DNA of 8,741 bases, taken from the IMG/VR virus record IMGVR_UViG_2713896788_000008; one strand, given 5' to 3'. This document shows, piece by piece, positions 1 through 8,741 of this stretch. Position 1 is the first letter of the stretch. Each line of letters opens with the position of its first letter. Source of the DNA: a virus. Taxonomy: Duplodnaviria; Heunggongvirae; Uroviricota; Caudoviricetes. Below the pieces are notes generated by a model. It worked only from the letters and a program-made list of their open reading frames with translations. It was not told where the DNA came from and ran no database searches. A program made the position numbers and the translations under genes.

Positions 1-59
1 TGGCAGAATGTCTGGAGAAAAAAGGACTGTACCGGAGAGCAGCTGAACGATGGGCAAAA

Positions 60-299
60 GTGATGGTACAGCTAAGTGATGACCAGAAAAGAAAAGTGGC
101 GGCACAGAAACGAGCAGAGTGTTTGCGTAAGGCGCGCCGGACTCCGGTTTCACCGGTGAACCTGACCGAAATAAAACAAGCGGTCAACAGACTACATTCT
201 GAGTTGGGAATGGGATTTGAAGAGCGGCGGGTATTCCGACGATATAAAGGGACAGGAGAACAGAATACGTCCGGAAACGCGCGGTCAAAAAAATGCTAA
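60..299 (+). CDS. Small basic hypothetical protein (79 aa from the GTG at 60; ATG at 63). The reading frame is open back to the window start, so the true start may lie upstream of the window.
   Basis: ORF track 60..299; the same frame translated from base 3 has no stop (AECLEKKGLYRRAAERWAKV precedes the annotated start). Lysine/arginine-rich. Followed by a terminator hairpin at 340-362. No family recognised with confidence. Confidence 0.45.
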   Translation: MMVQLSDDQKRKVAAQKRAECLRKARRTPVSPVNLTEIKQAVNRLHSELGMGFEERRVFRRYKGTGEQNTSGNARSKKC

Positions 300-339
300 A
301 AAATATCTGAGAGCGTTATTGCCTGTTACCATAAGAAAA

Positions 340-362
340 AGCGACTTTAGTGGTCGCTTTTT
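340..362. terminator. Bidirectional rho-independent terminator between convergent genes
   Basis: Stem agcgac (340-345), loop tttagtg, stem gtcgct (354-359), with an A-run upstream (336-340) and a T-run downstream (358-362). It sits between the plus-strand ORF ending at 299 and the minus-strand ORF ending at 381. Confidence 0.6.
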
Positions 363-380
363 GTGTCATATATAAGTCGT

Positions 381-711
381 TTAAGTAAACCTGTCTGAAC
401 AGGTTCTCTGGTCGTGTTTGTCTTTGTTGGGTACAAATTGAGAATATTTTTCATTAATTAATCTTCTTCTGCAGGCTTCAATAACCCACGCTGAAAAATT
501 TCCTGAACCTTTCAGATCAAGAGCGATGTTAATTTGTTCAATCATCTGGTTTGGAAATCGGATGTTGCGGGTTGTTGTTNNNNNNNNNNNNNNNNNNNNN
601 NNNNNNNNNNNNNNNNNNNNNNNNNNNNNCGATGTTAATTTGTTCAATCATCTGGTTTGGAAATCGGATGTTGCGGGTTGTTGTTCTGCGGGTTCTGTTC
701 TTTGATGACAT
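381..711 (-). CDS. Ribbon-helix-helix-like small DNA-binding protein, interrupted by scaffold gap 580-629. If the duplicated 56 bp is collapsed, it encodes a 74-aa protein MSSKNRTRRTTTRNIRFPNQMIEQINIALDLKGSGNFSAWVIEACRRRLINEKYSQFVPNKDKHDQRTCSDRFT.
   Basis: ORF track 381..647 (contains X from the N-run). Reverse-complement reading of 686-711 continues in frame into the duplicated block with an ATG at 711..709. The pattern of a beta-strand (NIRFP), helix (QMIEQINIALDL), G-x-N turn and second helix (FSAWVIEACRRRL) is typical of Arc/MetJ/CopG-type RHH proteins. Coordinates as given include the artefactual gap. Confidence 0.55.
524..685. other. Assembly artefact: 56-bp perfect direct duplication (524-579 and 630-685) flanking a 50-N scaffold gap (580-629)
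   Basis: The sequence cgatgttaatttgttcaatcatctggtttggaaatcggatgttgcgggttgttgtt appears immediately before and immediately after the N-run, as expected for two overlapping contig ends joined with a spacer. Confidence 0.8.
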
Positions 712-842
712 AATGTTGCCCCATATTCAGTGTTGCTGATTTGTATTATCTGAAGTTGCTTTTACGTTAATTTGATGCAGATCAATTAATACGATACCTG
801 CGTCATAATTGATTATTTGACGTGGTTTGATGGCGTAGATGC

Positions 843-892
843 NNNNNNNNNNNNNNNNNNNNNNNNNNNNNNNNNNNNNNNNNNNNNNNNNN
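843..892. other. Second scaffold gap (50 N) just upstream of the cos right-end sequence
   Basis: Run of exactly 50 N; no obvious flank duplication here. Confidence 0.9.
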
Positions 893-963
893 TGCACGTT
901 GTGACATGTAGATGATAATTATTATCATTTTGCGGGTCCTTTCCGGCGATCCGACCGGTTACG
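893..963. promoter_or_regulatory. cosQ: Right-end cos segment (cosQ-containing region) of a lambdoid genome
   Basis: gtgacatgtagatgataattattatcattttgcgggtcctttccggcgatccgaccggttacg closely resembles the last ~60 bp of the lambda right end as I recall it (...GGGTCCTTTCCGGTGATCCGACAGGTTACG). The exact cosQ boundaries are not determinable from sequence alone. Confidence 0.6.
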
Positions 964-975
964 GGGCGGCGACCT
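964..975. promoter_or_regulatory. cosN: cosN cohesive-end sequence (12-nt 5' overhang, GGGCGGCGACCT)
   Basis: Exact match to the lambda cohesive end GGGCGGCGACCT, followed by CGCGGGTTTTCGCTATTTATGAAAATTTTCCGG (976-1008), identical to the start of lambda DNA as I recall it. Confidence 0.85.
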
Positions 976-1008
976 CGCGGGTTTTCGCTATTTATGAAAA
1001 TTTTCCGG

Positions 1009-1150
1009 GGAAAATCATGTCGGTACTTCTCGAACATAACTATTTGTTTTTTCTAATATCGAATCCGTAAAGGTCCGACATGAAAACGCCTGAAAAAGTC
1101 ATTTTCGGGCACTTTCATGTCGGACCCTGTATTTGTTGTGAGACTGTTTC
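1009..1150. promoter_or_regulatory. cosB: cosB-like terminase small-subunit binding region with three R elements (R3 1015-1026 direct, R2 1073-1083 inverted, R1 1115-1126 direct) and an AT-rich spacer that is a candidate IHF site
   Basis: tcatgtcggtac (1015-1026), gtccgacatga (1073-1083, exact reverse complement of tcatgtcggac) and tcatgtcggacc (1115-1126). The direct-inverted-direct layout copies lambda's R3-I1-R2-R1, but the motif differs from lambda's CGTTTCC-containing R sites. The R3-R2 spacer 1027-1072 is AT-rich. Confidence 0.7.
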
Positions 1151-1670
1151 ATGAAGGTTAATAAAAAGAAACTTGCCGAAATTTTCAACGTGGATCCGCG
1201 AACGATTGAACGCTGGCAGTCTCAGGGGCTCCCTTGCGTCTCCGGAGGTGGTAAGGGCGTTGAATCTGTATTTGATACCGCCACGGCAATTCAGTGGTAT
1301 GCGCAGAGGGAAGCTGATATCGAAAATGAAAAACTCCGTAAAGAGGTTGAGGATTACAGGGCTGCCAGCGAGGCAGATCTCCAGCCTGGGACTATTGAGT
1401 ACGAATGCCATCGACTTACGCGTGCGCAGGCTGACGCCCAGGAGCTGAAGAATGCCAGAGACTCCGCAGAAGTGGTGGAAACCGCATTCTGTACTTTCGT
1501 GCTGTCACGGATCGCAGGTGAAATTGCCAGTATTCTTGACGGGATCCCTCTCTCAGTACAGCGGCGTTTTCCGGAACTGGAAAACCGACATGTTGATTTC
1601 CTGAAACGGGATATTATCAAAGCCATGAACAAAGCAGCCGCGCTGGATGAACTGATACCGGGGTTGCTGA

Positions 1671-1696
<26 letters not shown>
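1151..1696 (+). CDS. nu1: Terminase small subunit (Nu1-like), 181 aa
   Basis: ORF 1151..1696. From about residue 50 onward (ADIENEKLR...LSEYIEQS) it matches lambda Nu1 as I recall it; the N-terminal winged-HTH region ([36 protein letters not shown]...) is related but clearly divergent. Lies 187 bp downstream of cosN, as in lambda. Overlaps the start of A by 26 bp. Confidence 0.9.
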
Positions 1697-5377
<3,681 letters not shown>

Positions 5378-5397
<20 letters not shown>

Positions 5398-6697
5398 TCT
5401 CCCGCATATTGCCAGCATGGCTTTTAATGAGCCGCTGATGCTTGAACCCGCCTATGCGCGGGTTTTCTTTTGTGCGCTTGCAGGCCAGCTTGGGATCAGC
5501 CGCCTGACGGATGCAGTATCCGGCGACAGCCTGACTGCCGGAGAGGCACCCGCGGCGCTGGCGTTATCCGGTGATGATGACGGACCACGACAGGCCCGGA
5601 GTTATCAGGTCATGAACGGCATCGCCGTGCTGCCGGTGTCCGGTACGCTGGTCAGCCGGACGCGGGCGCTGCAGCCGTATTCGGGAATGACCGGTTACAA
5701 CGGCATTATCGCCCGTCTGCAACAGGCTGCCAGCGATCCGATGGTGGACGGCATTCTGCTCGATATGGACACACCGGGCGGGATGGTGGCGGGAGCATTT
5801 GACTGTGCTGACATCATCGCCCGTGTGCGAGACATAAAACCGGTATGGGCGCTGGCCAACGACATGAACTGCAGTGCAGGTCAGCTGCTTGCCAGCGCCG
5901 CCTCCCGGCGTCTGGTCACGCAGACCGCCCGGACAGGCTCCATCGGCGTCATGATGGCTCACAGTAATTACGGTGCTGCCCTGGAGAAACAGGGCGTGGA
6001 AATCACGCTGATTTACAGCGGCAGCCATAAGGTGGATGGCAACCCCTACAGCCATCTACCGGGTGATGTCCGGGAAACACTGCAGTCCCGGATGGATGCA
6101 ACCCGCCGGATGTTTGCGCAGAAGGTGTCGGCATATACCGGCCTGTCCGTGCAGGCTGTGCTGGATACCGAGGCTGCAGTGTACAGCGGTCAGGAGGCCA
6201 TTGATGCCGGACTGGCTGATGAACTTGTCAACAGCACCGATGCGATCACCGTTATGCGTGATGCACTGGATGCACGTAAATCCCGTCTCTCAGGAGGGCG
6301 AATGACCAAAGAGACTCAATCAACAACTGTTTCAGCCACTGCTTCGCAGGCTGACGTTACTGGCGTGGTGCCAGCGACGGAGGGCGAAAACGCCAGCGCG
6401 GCGCAGCCGGACGTGAACGCGCAGATCACCGCTGCGGTTGCGGCAGAAAACAGCCGCATTATGGGGATCCTCAACTGTGAGGAGGCTCACGGACGCGAAG
6501 AACAGGCCCGCGTGCTGGCAGAAACCCCCGGTATGACCGTGGAAACGGCCCGCCGCATTCTGGCCGCAGCACCACAGAGTGCACAGGCGCGCAGTGATAC
6601 TGCGCTGGATCGTCTGATGCAGGGGGCACCGGCACCGCTGGCTGCAGGTAACCCGGCATCTGATGCCGTTAACGATTTGCTGAACACACCAGTGTAA
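5378..6697 (+). CDS. C: Head maturation protease gpC (S49/ClpP-like serine protease family), 439 aa, GTG start
   Basis: The ORF-track frame 5243..6697 is open from 5243, but the lambda gpC N-terminus (TAELRNLPHIASMAFNEPLMLEP) begins at the GTG at 5378, preceded by the Shine-Dalgarno gaggaggag (5368-5376). That gives 439 aa, as in lambda, and a 20-bp overlap with the end of B. Confidence 0.88.
6092..6697 (+). CDS. nu3: Scaffolding protein Nu3, made by in-frame internal initiation within C (201 aa)
   Basis: In-frame ATG at 6092 (MDATRRMFAQKVS...) shares the C stop codon; the 606-bp length equals lambda Nu3. Established lambda gene arrangement. Confidence 0.7.
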   Translation: MDATRRMFAQKVSAYTGLSVQAVLDTEAAVYSGQEAIDAGLADELVNSTDAITVMRDALDARKSRLSGGRMTKETQSTTVSATASQADVTGVVPATEGENASAAQPDVNAQITAAVAAENSRIMGILNCEEAHGREEQARVLAETPGMTVETARRILAAAPQSAQARSDTALDRLMQGAPAPLAAGNPASDAVNDLLNTPV

Positions 6698-6706
6698 GGG
6701 ATGTTT

Positions 6707-7039
6707 ATGACGAGCAAAGAAACCTTTACCCATTACCAGCCGCTGGGCAACAGTGACCCGGCTCATACCGCAACCGCGCCCGGCGGATTGAGTGCGAAAG
6801 CGCCTGCAATGACCCCGCTGATGCTGGACACCTCCAGCCGTAAGCTGGTTGCGTGGGATGGCACCACCGACGGTGCTGCCGTTGGCATTCTTGCGGTTGC
6901 TGCTGACCAGACCAGCACCACGCTGACGTTCTACAAGTCCGGCACGTTCCGTTATGAGGATGTGCTCTGGCCGGAGGCTGCCAGCGACGAGACGAAAAAA
7001 CGGACCGCGTTTGCCGGAACGGCAATCAGCATCGTTTAA
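6707..7039 (+). CDS. D: Head decoration protein gpD, 110 aa
   Basis: [56 protein letters not shown]...AGTAISIV matches lambda gpD. The ORF track starts two codons earlier at 6701 (MFMTSKE); the lambda-equivalent start is the ATG at 6707. Confidence 0.92.
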   Translation: MTSKETFTHYQPLGNSDPAHTATAPGGLSAKAPAMTPLMLDTSSRKLVAWDGTTDGAAVGILAVAADQTSTTLTFYKSGTFRYEDVLWPEAASDETKKRTAFAGTAISIV

Positions 7040-7059
7040 CCTGACCCTTCATCACTAAA

Positions 7060-7081
7060 GGCCGCCTGTGCGGCTTTTTTT
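7060..7081 (+). terminator. GC stem-loop followed by a T-run between D and E (attenuator or mRNA-stability hairpin)
   Basis: ggccgc (7060-7065), loop ctgt, gcggc (7070-7074), then T7 (7075-7081). Confidence 0.5.
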
Positions 7082-7094
7082 ACGGGATTTTTTT

Positions 7095-8120
7095 ATGTCG
7101 ATGTACACAACCGCCCAACTGCTGGCGGCAAATGAGCAGAAATTTAAGTTTGATCCGCTGTTTCTGCGTCTCTTTTTCCGTGAGAGCTATCCCTTCACCA
7201 CGGAGAAAGTCTATCTCTCACAAATTCCGGGACTGGTAAACATGGCGCTGTACGTTTCGCCGATTGTTTCTGGTGAGGTTATCCGTTCCCGTGGCGGCTC
7301 CACCTCTGAATTTACGCCGGGATATGTCAAGCCGAAGCATGAAGTGAATCCGCAGATGACCCTGCGTCGCCTGCCGGATGAAGATCCGCAGAATCTGGCG
7401 GACCCGGCTTACCGCCGCCGTCGCATCATCATGCAGAACATGCGTGACGAAGAGCTGGCCATTGCTCAGGTCGAAGAGATGCAGGCAGTTTCTGCCGTGC
7501 TCAAGGGCAAATACACCATGACCGGTGAAGCCTTCGATCCGGTTGAGGTGGATATGGGCCGCAGTGCGGCGAACAACATCACGCAGTCCGGCGGCACGGA
7601 GTGGAGCAAGCGTGACAAGTCCACGTATGACCCGACCGACGATATCGAAGCCTACGCGCTGAACGCCAGCGGCGTGGTGAATATCATCGTGTTTGACCCG
7701 AAAGGCTGGGCGCTGTTCCGTTCCTTCAAAGCCGTCAGGGAGAAGCTGGATACCCGTCGCGGCTCTCATTCCGAACTGGAGACAGCGGTAAAAGACCTGG
7801 GCAAAGCGGTGTCTTATAAGGGAATGTATGGCGATGTGGCCATCGTCGTGTATTCCGGACAGTACGTGGAAAACGGCGTCAAAAAGAACTTCCTGCCGGA
7901 CAACACGATGGTGCTGGGGAACACTCAGGCACGCGGTCTGCGCACCTATGGCTGCATTCAGGATGCGGACGCACAGCGCGAAGGCATTAACGCCTCTGCC
8001 CGTTACCCGAAAAACTGGGTGACCACCGGCGATCCGGCGCGTGAGTTCACCATGATTCAGTCAGCACCGCTGATGCTGCTGGCTGACCCTGATGAGTTCG
8101 TGTCCGTACAACTGGCGTAA
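7095..8120 (+). CDS. E: Major capsid protein gpE (HK97 fold), 341 aa
   Basis: MSMYTTAQLLAANEQKFKFDPLFLRLFFRESYPFTTEKVYLSQIPGLVNMALYVSPIV... to ...LMLLADPDEFVSVQLA matches lambda gpE. The ORF-track start at 7068 lies inside the upstream hairpin; the lambda-equivalent ATG is at 7095. Confidence 0.96.
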   Translation: MSMYTTAQLLAANEQKFKFDPLFLRLFFRESYPFTTEKVYLSQIPGLVNMALYVSPIVSGEVIRSRGGSTSEFTPGYVKPKHEVNPQMTLRRLPDEDPQNLADPAYRRRRIIMQNMRDEELAIAQVEEMQAVSAVLKGKYTMTGEAFDPVEVDMGRSAANNITQSGGTEWSKRDKSTYDPTDDIEAYALNASGVVNIIVFDPKGWALFRSFKAVREKLDTRRGSHSELETAVKDLGKAVSYKGMYGDVAIVVYSGQYVENGVKKNFLPDNTMVLGNTQARGLRTYGCIQDADAQREGINASARYPKNWVTTGDPAREFTMIQSAPLMLLADPDEFVSVQLA

Positions 8121-8122
8121 TC

Positions 8123-8147
8123 ATGGCCCTTCGGGGCCATTGTTTTT
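8123..8147 (+). terminator. Stem-loop with TTCG tetraloop and T-run immediately after E
   Basis: atggccc (8123-8129), loop ttcg, gggccat (8134-8140), then tgttttt (8141-8147). Confidence 0.55.
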
Positions 8148-8161
8148 CTGTGGAGGAGTCC

Positions 8162-8560
8162 ATGACGAAAGATGAACTGATTGCCCGTCTCCGCTCGCTG
8201 GGTGAACAACTGAACCGTGATGTCAGCCTGACGGGGACGAAAGAAGAACTGGCGCTCCGTGTGGCAGAGCTGGAAGAGGAGCTTGATGACACGGATGAAA
8301 CTGCCGGTCAGGACACCCCTCTCAGCCGGGAAAATGTGCTGACCGGACATGAAAATGAGGTGGGATCAGCGCAGCCGGATACCGTGATTCTGGATACGTC
8401 TGAACTGGTCACGGTCGTGGCACTGGTGAAGCTGCATACTGATGCACTTCACGTCACGCGGGATGAACCTGTGGCATTTGTGCTGCCGGGAACGGCGTTT
8501 CGTGTCTCTGCCGGTGTGGCAGCCGAAATGACAGAGCGCGGCCTGGCCAGAATGCAATAA
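8162..8560 (+). CDS. FI: DNA packaging accessory protein gpFI, 132 aa
   Basis: MTKDELIARLRSLGEQLNRDVSLTGTKEELALRVAEL... matches lambda gpFI. Shine-Dalgarno ggaggag at 8152-8158. The ORF-track start at 8123 falls inside the hairpin. Confidence 0.9.
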   Translation: MTKDELIARLRSLGEQLNRDVSLTGTKEELALRVAELEEELDDTDETAGQDTPLSRENVLTGHENEVGSAQPDTVILDTSELVTVVALVKLHTDALHVTRDEPVAFVLPGTAFRVSAGVAAEMTERGLARMQ

Positions 8561-8571
8561 CGGGAGGCGCT

Positions 8572-8741
8572 GTGGCTGATTTCGATAACCTGTTCGATGC
8601 TGCCATTGCCCGCGCCGATGAAACGATACGCGGGTACATGGGAACGTCAGCCACCATGACATCCGGTGAGCAGTCCGGCGCAGTAATACGTGGTGTTTTT
8701 GATGACCCTGAAAATATCAGCTATGCCGGACAGGGCGTGCG
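8572..8741 (+). CDS. FII: Head-tail connector protein gpFII, N-terminal fragment (gene runs off the window end); apparent GTG start
   Basis: Translation from the GTG at 8572 gives (M)ADFDNLFDAAIARADETIRGYMGTSATMTSGEQSGAVIRGVFDDPENISYAGQGV, matching the lambda gpFII N-terminus. Shine-Dalgarno gggagg at 8562-8567. Confidence 0.85.
   Translation, partial: MADFDNLFDAAIARADETIRGYMGTSATMTSGEQSGAVIRGVFDDPENISYAGQGV

Noticed and set aside
580-629. The N-runs as possible biological low-complexity or masked repeat sequence (such as a CRISPR array or IS element hidden in the gap)
   Set aside because: Both runs are exactly 50 N, a standard scaffold spacer, and the first is flanked by overlapping contig ends. 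Nothing in the flanking sequence resembles CRISPR repeats or IS terminal inverted repeats.
551-739. 62-aa plus-strand ORF spanning the first N gap
   Set aside because: It depends on the N-run and the duplicated block, and is antisense to the better-supported RHH gene.
813-1037. 74-aa minus-strand ORF spanning the second N gap and the cos site
   Set aside because: Its translation runs through 50 N and across cosN/cosQ, which are cis-acting DNA sites; it is an artefact of ORF calling over a gap.
1173-1448. Alternative +frame ORF (91 aa) and minus-strand ORFs (1115..1411, 1354..1632) overlapping Nu1
   Set aside because: Nu1 in the 1151 frame matches lambda Nu1; the overlapping frames have no support.
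5564-6766. Minus-strand ORFs (5564..6055, 6332..6766, 6487..6717) and plus-strand alternative frame 6036..6305 within C/Nu3
   Set aside because: All sit in alternative frames of the protease/scaffold gene; no independent support.
7218-7769. 183-aa minus-strand ORF antisense to the major capsid gene E
   Set aside because: Antisense shadow ORF; the plus-strand frame matches lambda gpE.

Overview
This window is the cos site and the DNA-packaging/head-morphogenesis module of a lambda-like (lambdoid) phage or prophage, almost certainly enterobacterial. The gene order, sizes and overlaps match the lambda left arm: cosQ/cosN/cosB, then Nu1 (terminase small subunit), A (terminase large subunit), W, B (portal), C (head protease) with nested Nu3 (scaffold), D (decoration), E (major capsid), FI and the start of FII. 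Upstream of cos lie a small plus-strand ORF, a bidirectional terminator and a small minus-strand ribbon-helix-helix-like gene. Two runs of exactly 50 N (580-629, 843-892) are scaffold gaps; the first is flanked by a 56-bp perfect duplication that looks like an unmerged contig overlap. The most notable biology is a mosaic packaging-specificity module: the cos end and the C-terminal two-thirds of Nu1 match lambda as I recall it, while cosB and the Nu1 N-terminal DNA-binding domain differ together. I see no evidence of a novel defence or accessory system here; this is a well-understood structural module. All homology statements are from memory of the lambda proteins and need an alignment to confirm.
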